This document shows, piece by piece, positions 39,058-48,186 of a stretch of 64,000 nucleotides of DNA (its first letter is position 1; each line of letters begins with the position of its first letter). The translations under genes and the position numbers were made by a program. The notes under the pieces were generated by a model. It searched no databases, had not been told where the DNA came from, and was given only the letters and a program-made list of their open reading frames with translations. The stretch is from Thermoplasmata archaeon (GTDB lineage Archaea; Thermoplasmatota; Thermoplasmata; GCA-020350865), in the NCBI GenBank assembly GCA_020348445.1, contig CP070751.1, forward strand, positions 279,672 through 343,671. The letters run 5' to 3'.

Positions 39058-41886
39058 ATGAAAAAGGGAAATATGAAAATAAATACCATGATTTTGGCTG
39101 TGTGTATGATCGCGACCGCATTTGTGGTTGTGAGCTTGCCTGTGGGAGCAGATGATGTAAGTGACAATAATTTCTTTGATATAGTATGGCAAGACTCGTG
39201 GATGGAAGATCATCCAACTCTACCAGACGCACAGAAAGAAATTATTTACAACTTTGATGCCACAAATTCCCGTCGGTACCACCTTGGAGATGAGAATGCC
39301 GAAATCTATCTTTGGATCAATAGCAGGGAAACTGATCCAATTGATGATGTTTGGATAGAACTGGATAAAGGAACAGGAGGGACCGATATAATTGCAGACA
39401 TCCCGATAAACAGATGGCCAGATACAGGTGATAGAGATGGTTTTACTAACGGTGATCCAATAGACCTTATTCCAGACGGAACACGTGACGCTTACCCCAA
39501 TAGCCCTTTATTTGAAATAGATATCGCAAATACTGGAGATGTGAATACAGTTTATGAAAATGCATTGCTAATTACAATTCACTATTGGGACACCGGTGGT
39601 GCAGGCTCCCTGGAAGAAGATACTTTCTCCTTTGACCTCTATGTCAGTTCTATATTTGATGATCCAGCTGATACAGATGAAGACGACCACCATGACTTGC
39701 CCACTCTAGAAGAGCAGGTCGGAGATATACAATTCGAGGCGGGTGAGACATTTCAGCATGGTATGTTAACTCTTACTAATCATCATCCGATGATTGCCCC
39801 TGTAGGTACGATTTCCGATGTATGGATCAACGGAAGCCTTCCATCTGGACTCAGCTTCTTCCAAGGAAATAACCTTGCAAGAATTCCTACTGCAACTGAT
39901 CCCGGAGGTAATTTTGAGGTTAACTATAGAATTAATGTGAACTCAGGAGTATTACCCGGTATGTATTATGGGAGTTTATCTATACACTACACCCGAAATG
40001 GAAAGAGAATCATAGAGAACCCAAGGTCCCTAGAGGTAATTGTAGACTTCACCCCTGTTTTACAGGCCAGTGCAACAGTTCCTGATATCAACCAGGGAGA
40101 CACGAACGTAACAATTAGTATAACCTTCAGAAACACTGGAAATGTCCCGCTGGGACAGCTATTTGTGAGGGTAAGCATGATATCTGTAAGTGAGCCCGGT
40201 GATAATGAATATCTATTCACACCCCTTGATCATTACGAAGGCACGACAGTAAAGGTCACGGATTGGTTTGGTGTGAATGTAGGCACAGATGAATCGTTAA
40301 TTCTAAATGAAGTCTCGGCACCAGTTACAATCAACAAAGGACTTGACGCTTATATACCAGCAGGAACCCATAAAGTGCTCTTTGACTGGTATGCATTTTA
40401 CTTCGATACTGGGGTAATAGGAGGCGGCACAGATTATCAGCATGTTGTTCAGCTATGGGAACCTGAAGATGGCACGGGAGTTGAAAATGTCCCAGCAATG
40501 TATAAGGACAACACAGCACCAGGCGATGATTTATATCCCGTCGACACTGATCTAACTGCTGCACCTGACGAACTAGATGGAAGTCCATGGCAAATGGGAA
40601 CATATGCCACAGTTGAGGTTGTAGATCCCAAACTCAGCGTTTGGGCTTCCATAGGTGTTATAGACGCATCAGGTGATGTAACTTATGTTGAGCTCACCGT
40701 TAATTTAAACAACGATGAGAATGTGGACCTCATCAATCTGATGGTAACCCTGGAAGTCGGACCAAATAGCCCGTTTTTAGACCCAGCAAATCATGCTGCA
40801 ACAACTCTGGCAATGGATCCCTCCTCTCCAGACGGCATTACTGCAGGATCCGATGTGGACATCATATTCTATGTGGACATTAACTCGGCCTGGTTCACTT
40901 CCGGCGCACTTGCTCCCGGAGTCTTCGAGGTTGATTTGACAATCGAGGCAACAAATTTCGATACCCTGGAAGTCTATGCACCGACCACAATCCAGATGGA
41001 TGCACCAATAAATGGATTCGGACCTGAATTGTTCGCCACCATGGTGAACTACGATGAAATTAAGCCGGGAGAGACCTTCACACTCTCGATTAGCATCGAG
41101 AACTTCGGCGACGACGTGGCAAGAGAGGTGGATGCCTATCTCAGGGCAGACTTCGTTTCAGGATGGAGTATTGTCGATCAGTTCACAACTAGCATTGGTG
41201 GATATGGAGGCGAAGGTGGCGGACCAGTCGGAGATGCCAGCTGGGGATGGCGAACAGGTTGGAGTGGATATACACAATTCAACAGATCCCATGATGTGAG
41301 ACCAGGTGAAATCGGTGTTGATAACGTACCGCAAATAGTAGAGCTGCACGATTGGATAAGGCGCAGGGAAACACCCCCGCAGGGAATAATTCTGTGGCTG
41401 CATCTAGACAGACTCGGACCTGGAGAGAACTACACATTCGTATTCGAGATGGTATCAGACAAGAACATGGTGGAAGGTATGGTCTACTACGAGGTCCTAG
41501 AGCTTTACTATGTCGATTCAATCAACGGCGAGACATACGGACCTCAGGGACCACCTTTTCAGAATCATTACACACCACCACAAGAGGTTCTCATCAGAGC
41601 AGGCAAGGGAGAGAAGTACCAAACTGAAGAGGAATTTGACTACACATATGTCCTCTACGCGCTGATATTCCTCATCATAGCCTTCATCATCTTCCTCATT
41701 GGATACGCCCTTGGCGGAAGAGGAGGAAGAGAGAGGATCGAAGAACCATACGAGCCATATACAGAGGACTACGGCATGCCAGAAGAAGGCGGAGAAGATC
41801 TTGGATTGCCACCGGAAGAGGACCTCGGACCGCCGCCAGAACCAGAAGAAGATCTTGGCCCGTCCCTAGAGGAAGAGAAAAAATAA
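39058..41886 (+). CDS. S-layer-type (COG1361-like) multi-Ig surface protein with C-terminal TM anchor
   Basis: Strong SD at 39043, signal peptide, Ig-like strands (ITFRNTGN, ISIENFG), TM helix, acidic/Pro tail. Start trimmed from 38917. Confidence 0.7.
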   Translation: MKKGNMKINTMILAVCMIATAFVVVSLPVGADDVSDNNFFDIVWQDSWMEDHPTLPDAQKEIIYNFDATNSRRYHLGDENAEIYLWINSRETDPIDDVWIELDKGTGGTDIIADIPINRWPDTGDRDGFTNGDPIDLIPDGTRDAYPNSPLFEIDIANTGDVNTVYENALLITIHYWDTGGAGSLEEDTFSFDLYVSSIFDDPADTDEDDHHDLPTLEEQVGDIQFEAGETFQHGMLTLTNHHPMIAPVGTISDVWINGSLPSGLSFFQGNNLARIPTATDPGGNFEVNYRINVNSGVLPGMYYGSLSIHYTRNGKRIIENPRSLEVIVDFTPVLQASATVPDINQGDTNVTISITFRNTGNVPLGQLFVRVSMISVSEPGDNEYLFTPLDHYEGTTVKVTDWFGVNVGTDESLILNEVSAPVTINKGLDAYIPAGTHKVLFDWYAFYFDTGVIGGGTDYQHVVQLWEPEDGTGVENVPAMYKDNTAPGDDLYPVDTDLTAAPDELDGSPWQMGTYATVEVVDPKLSVWASIGVIDASGDVTYVELTVNLNNDENVDLINLMVTLEVGPNSPFLDPANHAATTLAMDPSSPDGITAGSDVDIIFYVDINSAWFTSGALAPGVFEVDLTIEATNFDTLEVYAPTTIQMDAPINGFGPELFATMVNYDEIKPGETFTLSISIENFGDDVAREVDAYLRADFVSGWSIVDQFTTSIGGYGGEGGGPVGDASWGWRTGWSGYTQFNRSHDVRPGEIGVDNVPQIVELHDWIRRRETPPQGIILWLHLDRLGPGENYTFVFEMVSDKNMVEGMVYYEVLELYYVDSINGETYGPQGPPFQNHYTPPQEVLIRAGKGEKYQTEEEFDYTYVLYALIFLIIAFIIFLIGYALGGRGGRERIEEPYEPYTEDYGMPEEGGEDLGLPPEEDLGPPPEPEEDLGPSLEEEKK

Positions 41887-41887
41887 T

Positions 41888-41946
41888 AAGGGGCAAAACC
41901 CCTTTTTTATTTCTATTTTTTTCTTTTTTTATATTTTTGTTTTTTA
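41888..41946 (+). terminator. Hairpin plus long oligo-T terminator
   Basis: AAGGGG-CAAAA-CCCCTT followed by several T tracts directly after the stop codon. Confidence 0.7.
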
Positions 41947-42000
41947 GCGAGATGACAATCTTTTTAAATACAGAATATATTACAAACCAAAGGTGAGAAC

Positions 42001-42273
42001 ATGGAGGATAAAGAGGAAATCGGACACGTGTTCAAGTTCTTTGCAAAGCCCTGCGTGGCTGCAATCAACATAACATCAGGCGAGCTTAAGGTTGGAGACA
42101 CCATTCAAATTAAAGGGGAGACCACGGATTTCACCCAAAAGATTGATTCCATGGAAATTGACAAGGTGAAAATCGAGGTTGCAACTGCAGGCCAAGGTGT
42201 GGGAATCCAGGTAAAAGACCGTGTGCGACCCAACGACAAGGTGTACAAGCTACTTGGAGAACAAGAACCATAA
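42001..42273 (+). CDS. Stand-alone beta-barrel protein (EF-Tu domain-2-like / peptidase U32 C-terminal-like)
   Basis: IG.V..FF.K..VA, LKVGDTI.IKG.TTDF.Q...SM.I, VGI.V..RVR.ND.VYK. Confidence 0.7.
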   Translation: MEDKEEIGHVFKFFAKPCVAAINITSGELKVGDTIQIKGETTDFTQKIDSMEIDKVKIEVATAGQGVGIQVKDRVRPNDKVYKLLGEQEP

Positions 42274-42286
42274 AAAACAACTAACA

Positions 42287-43084
42287 CTATTCTTTCTGTT
42301 CTAATATCTCATAGTCTATCTTATCCTCGATGGTGCTGTTGATATTCTCGATTGTGGAGACAACATTGTGAATCTGGTCACTTGATGCAAAGAGCATCAC
42401 AGAAAGGCCCCTTTCAACTGCCTCAACAGCGCATAAAAGAGGTGCGAACTCGAAATCGGGTACAAGATTTGCTTTTCTTACGACAGCCTGAGACACCATT
42501 CCCACAACTCCAAGCTTATGTGGATTTCGCTCTCGATGAAGCTTCTTAACCCACTCAGTGGAAACAGAGCTGCTGCCCCCTTCCCTGATGGAGGGCAGTT
42601 TCACGATATGCATTTTTCCAGGTGAAAGCGCAACCATACCATCCAAATCCTTTATGGCCACATCTTCCCCTATTTCTGCATTGGAAAGTGCAGTTCCTTT
42701 TGACTGGGATTTCTTATCTGCATAGGCTACAAGAATGCCATTTTCCATATACAATCCCACCTCATCGCCTTTTTTTATCGGGGTTTTGGCAATTGCTGCA
42801 CAGACATCGATTATGTTCAACTCTGAAATTTTCAAATCCACAAATTCCTTGAGCTCTGAGAAGTTGGTATGTAAAAATTCGATTCCTTTCTTTGTGGCCC
42901 TGTATTCCCTGCCAATATCCTGGATAAAACCATTTTTTTTCATTCTTCTCAGGTACTCGGAGGCTCCTTGAACTGTAATATCCAGTTTCTCTGCAATGGT
43001 TTTGAGCTTGATGTGGGGATTCTTGATCACCTCAAGGAGTATCAGAAGCTCGGTGCTCAATCTAAGGTCTCTTAGGATTTTCAT
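42287..43084 (-). CDS. Archaeal winged-helix transcriptional regulator (COG1497-like)
   Basis: N-terminal IAEKLDITVQGASEYLRRM HTH and wing, followed by a C-terminal domain. Confidence 0.75.
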   Translation of the reverse strand: MKILRDLRLSTELLILLEVIKNPHIKLKTIAEKLDITVQGASEYLRRMKKNGFIQDIGREYRATKKGIEFLHTNFSELKEFVDLKISELNIIDVCAAIAKTPIKKGDEVGLYMENGILVAYADKKSQSKGTALSNAEIGEDVAIKDLDGMVALSPGKMHIVKLPSIREGGSSSVSTEWVKKLHRERNPHKLGVVGMVSQAVVRKANLVPDFEFAPLLCAVEAVERGLSVMLFASSDQIHNVVSTIENINSTIEDKIDYEILEQKE

Positions 43085-43139
43085 GGTGTTTCACGATTCC
43101 ATATGCCTTCTGTGACACAAATACATTGATTATAGGCTG

Positions 43140-43757
43140 TCAGCCGGCATCACCTTTGTTATCTGATGGGGATTTAATGGTGGTGATATATGGTATTCCA
43201 TGCTCGTGCACATACATGAATATTGTTGTGAATAAAGGAACGAAAATAAGCGAACTTATAAGATGATAAATAGTAAATGGGACCTGCATGGCCAATACTG
43301 TAAAAAGCCAATTTGAGGTCCTCGGAGTCAGGAAAATCCAATATCCAAAAGCAGTCCATAGATCATATATTAGTGTTGCAACAACTCCATATCCTGCTAC
43401 CATGGCCACTCCCTTCACTGTGTATAAGACCCTTGGTTTAATTGCCCTTCCCATCAATCCGATTATGACGTATCCGGTCCAGGTAAAGAAGGTAAGACCG
43501 ATTATCGCGCCCATACCAAAAGCAGAACCGTAATCTGTGAAGGTATAAATCCACCAATCCGAAATCAACATAACGATAAGAGGAACCAAAATACAGTAAA
43601 AACCTCCTAAAATAACGCCTGAAAGAAGCGCGATGGCCAAAACAGTTTCTATGTTCGCATACGATATAAGGAGAATCCTGCCGCATACGCCCACAATGAT
43701 TAGGAGAGTTGCTACTGTTACCTTATTCATGTCTGTGTTTACTGGTAATTTGAACAT
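43140..43757 (-). CDS. ECF-type S component, probably cobalamin-related (CbrT/DUF6580-like)
   Basis: About 6 TM helices, NIETVLAIALLSG, MLISD, PF..HL. Follows DUF4430-like genes. Confidence 0.65.
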   Translation of the reverse strand: MFKLPVNTDMNKVTVATLLIIVGVCGRILLISYANIETVLAIALLSGVILGGFYCILVPLIVMLISDWWIYTFTDYGSAFGMGAIIGLTFFTWTGYVIIGLMGRAIKPRVLYTVKGVAMVAGYGVVATLIYDLWTAFGYWIFLTPRTSNWLFTVLAMQVPFTIYHLISSLIFVPLFTTIFMYVHEHGIPYITTIKSPSDNKGDAG

Positions 43758-43780
43758 TATTCAAACTCCTTTTCGTTCCC

Positions 43781-44230
43781 CTATTGCATGGGTTCTTCAA
43801 ACCTCCACTCTACCAAATCACCGTCGAAGATCTCTTTTTTATCGCAACCAACTTCACCATAGGCACCATTGACGTAGTACTGCCACCAAAGGCCGTTTTC
43901 CCCGTTCTCAGTGCCGTTTATGGATGTTACGAATATGGAATCATAACCCTGCCAGTATATGTAGCCCACAATGAAATTGAATTTCTCGGAGCATTCGATC
44001 AAGAACTTGTATACTGTGTTGTTTAACGTCTGAACATTCATATTCTCTAACATCCATTCCCCCCCATCTATCTTCAGGCTCACATTTATTGGGGTGTCTA
44101 TATCCCCAACAACATTGCCTTCTTCTAGATGCTCGGCCAACAACCAAAGACTAAAAGCTGCGAGAGCAAGAACTGACACAAGGGCAATTGCCTGGAAGGC
44201 CGTTTTTTTTCTATCTCTGTTCTCTTTCAT
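43781..44230 (-). CDS. DUF4430 (transcobalamin C-terminal-like) domain protein with N-terminal anchor
   Basis: FVTSING.EN...WQYYVNG....G...EI.DGD.VEWRF. Confidence 0.8.
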   Translation of the reverse strand: MKENRDRKKTAFQAIALVSVLALAAFSLWLLAEHLEEGNVVGDIDTPINVSLKIDGGEWMLENMNVQTLNNTVYKFLIECSEKFNFIVGYIYWQGYDSIFVTSINGTENGENGLWWQYYVNGAYGEVGCDKKEIFDGDLVEWRFEEPMQ

Positions 44231-44262
44231 TGTACCGCCATATTTTTAAGTAAGTCGAAATT

Positions 44263-46197
44263 CTATTTACGTCTTTTCTTTATGACCACAATGGATAATA
44301 TTATGATAATCACCACGATTATTATAATAAGAACATATAATAAATATAATGAATCATCCTGGGGCTCATCTTCAGCCGTGAGCGTAAGAGAAACGGTTTG
44401 GGAGGATGTATCCACGCTGTTTATCGTTATGGCGAGATCATTTTTCCCATTTCCATCGATATCCAGCTTCTTGGTCTCCCCCACTTCAATCTGTATTGGT
44501 TGCGCATAGGAATCGATTTCTAAAGTCACTGTGTTTGCATCGAAGTTTGTAATAGTTAATATGTATTCTGCGCCCTTGTGGAGGAGCTTCACATCTTCGC
44601 CTACATGAATGGTCTTCGTTGAACCAGTTTCTCCAACTGTAACGTTCGTGGGATTCCCGCCTAAGCAGTAAAGTATTCCATTATCAGAACCTATATACAA
44701 CTTACCGTTGACCACAGAAGGGGAGGAGATGATATACTGCTCTGGCAAAGGTCGATACTGCCAAACCAACAGACCTTTATGGCGATTTAGGCAGTAGATT
44801 GTACCATTTTGAACATTTGTAGAAAAATAAACGCAATCTCCGGCAAGAGCTGGAGAGGACTGAACTGCACCATTGGGAATAAATTCCCATAATATATTTT
44901 CATTAAGGTCCAAACAGTAGAATTTCCCTTCCAGGCTCATCTCCCCGGACCCCACAAATATCTTATCTCCCGAAACTGCAGGAGAAGAGACGCTGCTTCC
45001 AATATATTTTTTCCATAAGAGAATACCATTTTCTGCTTTAAGGCAGTAAAGATAACCATCCTTGGATGTGAAAAGGACTTTACTATCCAATACCACAGGT
45101 GAGGAGCCAACAGAGCCGTTCACAGGAAAATACCACAGTTCATCACCGTGTTCCTTATCAAGGCAAGAGACTCCATAGGGCTCCTTCCATTTCAATGTTG
45201 AGGAGTTGTAAAGGCCCATGAGTCCCACGTAAACCTTATCTTTGGTGACACACGGGGAGGAAAAGTAAATAGAACTGAAGATAGGACTTTCCCAAATAAC
45301 CTGACCTCCTTCTGTATCCAGGCACAATAAGGCTCCGAAACCACCGTTAAAATTGAATGCGCCCACATAAATCCTGTTCTTATCAACAGTTGGAGAAGAG
45401 GTCACTCCTGATTGCCCTGGATTGGATGTGATTAAAGTGCTCCATATAATCTCCCCGTTCGTGAAATTCAAGCAGTATAAATATCCATCCTTTCCCCCAA
45501 CATAAACCAATTCATCGGCTATGGCAGGGGAGAAACCACCCACGACTTCTTCGTTTTTCCACAACAGCTCGCCTTCATCATTTAGGCAAAAAACACCACC
45601 ATAGTTGTTTATGACCACCTTATTGTGTGCAATTGCTGGCGAAGCTGCCATTTCAATGACACCGGTATCGTATATCCAAGATACGGCGTTCGTATCGGGA
45701 CCTTGGCTTTTAGTATATCCAAGATTGAGAGAATCGTGCCTGAATCCTGCCCAAGCATATCTATCATTGGAATCAGTCATCGGTTCTGAGGAACTTGGAC
45801 ACCAGCCTATAATCTCGCCCTCTTGAAGCTCAAGAGAGCTTGCTCCCTCAGATGCCCCCTCCCATTCAGCCATTGAATTGTTCCATAATAGAAACGACCA
45901 AAACCAGCTCCAGTCATCAGGTGAATCAACACCTCCGATCCCCTTGACAAATGCACCAAATGAAAACCATTCTAAATTCAGGTCAAAACCCAATTGCTCA
46001 CAGGCCTTTTCAGTGGTCTTTAGGGCAGTGCGATTCGAATCGAGGCTGACATCGCTCCATTCAACAATGCCATTTCCGAAATCTATCATCACTGAAACAT
46101 TGATCTCTGAATCTCCCTCAGAGCTAATTGGCGAAATTGAGGGTAAAAATATCATACCAAGCAGAAGGATAACAATGAATAATGTTTTGCACTTCAC
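44263..46197 (-). CDS. Secreted DUF4430-like plus PQQ-type beta-propeller protein with C-terminal TM anchor
   Basis: Signal peptide, FVKGIGG...WSFLLWN...GEIIGW domain, about 8 'SSP.V....Y.G..DG.LYCL' blades, TM plus KKRRK. Confidence 0.8.
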   Translation of the reverse strand: MKCKTLFIVILLLGMIFLPSISPISSEGDSEINVSVMIDFGNGIVEWSDVSLDSNRTALKTTEKACEQLGFDLNLEWFSFGAFVKGIGGVDSPDDWSWFWSFLLWNNSMAEWEGASEGASSLELQEGEIIGWCPSSSEPMTDSNDRYAWAGFRHDSLNLGYTKSQGPDTNAVSWIYDTGVIEMAASPAIAHNKVVINNYGGVFCLNDEGELLWKNEEVVGGFSPAIADELVYVGGKDGYLYCLNFTNGEIIWSTLITSNPGQSGVTSSPTVDKNRIYVGAFNFNGGFGALLCLDTEGGQVIWESPIFSSIYFSSPCVTKDKVYVGLMGLYNSSTLKWKEPYGVSCLDKEHGDELWYFPVNGSVGSSPVVLDSKVLFTSKDGYLYCLKAENGILLWKKYIGSSVSSPAVSGDKIFVGSGEMSLEGKFYCLDLNENILWEFIPNGAVQSSPALAGDCVYFSTNVQNGTIYCLNRHKGLLVWQYRPLPEQYIISSPSVVNGKLYIGSDNGILYCLGGNPTNVTVGETGSTKTIHVGEDVKLLHKGAEYILTITNFDANTVTLEIDSYAQPIQIEVGETKKLDIDGNGKNDLAITINSVDTSSQTVSLTLTAEDEPQDDSLYLLYVLIIIIVVIIIILSIVVIKKRRK

Positions 46198-46244
46198 TCA
46201 ATCACCCGAAAGTCCATCCTCACTTAGCTGAGTTTATCGGTTAT

Positions 46245-46317
46245 TTCAAGTGAGTATACTTGTAAAATTCTTATTTGTTATATTACCGGTGAACGAATAT
46301 TTACAAGTGAACTTGAA
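46245..46317. promoter_or_regulatory. Imperfect inverted repeat upstream of the DUF4430/ECF unit
   Basis: TTCAAGT(46245)/ACTTGAA(46311), ACTTGTAAA(46258)/TTTACAAGT(46300), ATTC/GAAT. Confidence 0.45.
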
Positions 46318-46484
46318 TATATTAAAGTGTATTTTAATATTTCGGTAGAAAGCAACACCCTTCAATTCACTGGGCCTCATAATCTCTTGATCTTTAGCTT
46401 CTAACTATGGATATAGATAATCACATCTGATAATTGAGGATGATAACCGAACCTATGCAATTAATGTAGTCTTTGTTATCATAA

Positions 46485-46727
46485 TTGAATCTGATTGATA
46501 TGATAGAAGACGCAAGTGAGGCCATGCTGAGAATAGCCGCAAGAAGAGGAAATATCGGGGCCAGCAGAGATGATATCTTCAGGGAGCTAAAAGGTGGCAT
46601 CCCATACCATGAATTGGAAAGGCTGATACAGGAACTTGAACAGCTGGGATTTATCACAGTGGATTGGCTAGGAACCTATGATTTTGTGGTTACCATCACA
46701 CAAGAGGGCTTGGCACAGTTGACCTGA
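46485..46727 (+). CDS. Small winged-helix protein
   Basis: ELERLIQELEQLGFI...V.IT.EG is a wHTH-type ending. Confidence 0.55.
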   Translation: MNLIDMIEDASEAMLRIAARRGNIGASRDDIFRELKGGIPYHELERLIQELEQLGFITVDWLGTYDFVVTITQEGLAQLT

Positions 46728-46782
46728 TTCCCAAAAAAAGTATTTCTTATACCCCCTCCCCACCATATCTATATTTGTTATT

Positions 46783-47871
46783 TTAAAGAAGTTCGTCCAC
46801 GAGCTCAACTATGTCTTTTACCTCTATTTCGCTTTTGGACAGTTCCTTTCCAAAGGCAAGGTTGTTCACACAAAAAGGACATGATGTCAAAAGTAGATCA
46901 GCGAACTCGGCATCAGAAACTCGTCTTCCCGCGATTCTCTGGGAGATGTCTCCAAAAGCTGCCCGCAACCCTCCTCCACCGCCGCAGCATCTAGCCAGTT
47001 CGCGATTAAGGTCCATTTCCTTAAACTGGGCCTTTGGGATTTTCTTAATAATTTTCCGGGGTGCATCATATACCTTTGCGTGTCTGCCCAAATGGCACGG
47101 ATCATGGTAAGTAAGGGTCTTGGGGAACTCCTTTAATGGCAGATCCTGCTCAGCCAGAAATTCTGTTATGTGCATGGGTTTGAACTTCAAATCCCTGAAT
47201 TCAGGGTAATGGTTCTTGAACATGTTATAGCAGCCTGCACATGAGAAGATCAAGGTCTCTATACCCAATTCCTCCACTGAATTTAGGTTGTGGTCCACCA
47301 ATTTCTTTATGTCCTCGTCATTACCGCCGATCCTTTGAAGTGGGCTTCCACAGCATACCTCATCGATCACAGTATAGTCCACCCCCAATTTATCCAGTAT
47401 CGACATTGCGGTCTTGGCGATGTTTGGATTCCTGTAACCTGGAGTGCACCCCAAAAAGTAGCCCACCTTGGCCTTATGCGGGGTTTTGCCGAACTCCTCC
47501 CCGCGTTTTGTTGTTTCACCGTATGGATTACCAAATTCATTGATGCGGTCCGCCAATTTCTTATGTTTTTCCAATGCATAGTCTTCGAAAAGCTCCTTTC
47601 TTGCAGCCTCGATTATATCCACAACACATACATTTGAGGGGCAACGCCTTTCACAATCTCCGCATGTGGAGCATTCATAGAGGGTTTCAACTATGGAATC
47701 GTCTATATCGAACCTGTCTTTAAGCATCCCGTAAGCCAAAATCACCCTACCCCTGGCAACAGAAGAATCCCAACCGAGGTCCTCAAAAATGGGGCATACA
47801 CTCCTGCAGTAACCGCATTGAGTGCAGACGAGCATCTCCTTTTCCAGGGAGTCTAGGTCCTTTTCCGTCAT
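46783..47871 (-). CDS. (Fe-S)-binding protein: 2x[4Fe-4S] plus two CCG domains (HdrD/GlpC/GlcF-like)
   Basis: CTQCGYCRSVCP, CSTCGDCERRCP, VCCG, YHDPCHLGR, CCGGGGG. Confidence 0.9.
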   Translation of the reverse strand: MTEKDLDSLEKEMLVCTQCGYCRSVCPIFEDLGWDSSVARGRVILAYGMLKDRFDIDDSIVETLYECSTCGDCERRCPSNVCVVDIIEAARKELFEDYALEKHKKLADRINEFGNPYGETTKRGEEFGKTPHKAKVGYFLGCTPGYRNPNIAKTAMSILDKLGVDYTVIDEVCCGSPLQRIGGNDEDIKKLVDHNLNSVEELGIETLIFSCAGCYNMFKNHYPEFRDLKFKPMHITEFLAEQDLPLKEFPKTLTYHDPCHLGRHAKVYDAPRKIIKKIPKAQFKEMDLNRELARCCGGGGGLRAAFGDISQRIAGRRVSDAEFADLLLTSCPFCVNNLAFGKELSKSEIEVKDIVELVDELL

Positions 47872-48186
47872 GATGAGCTCCTCTTGAGATAATCAAATCA
47901 TCTTTGGATATTATTTCAAGTGTAGACACATAAATATGTTTTTGTTACCGTATGACGTAACGATTCCCTCAATTATTTTCGCCCTATTTTCTTGGGTATC
48001 ATGTGTATACTTTATGTGGTTTTAATTCTTTTGATACTGGGTATCGAAAATATTATACTGAAATATGGAAGTGATTTTCGAGGAAGTAAAACTAGAAGAA
48101 ACTGCCTGCTTCCACTCGGTATTCCAGCACATAACTTATATATACGAACACTATTAGGGTAGACACCACAAAGGAGAGTTGAGCAA

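Noticed and set aside
46198-46484. Cobalamin riboswitch upstream of the DUF4430/ECF unit
   Set aside because: No B12-box (GCCACTG, GGGAA, CCCGCAACTGT) elements on the coding strand, and the region is AT-rich.
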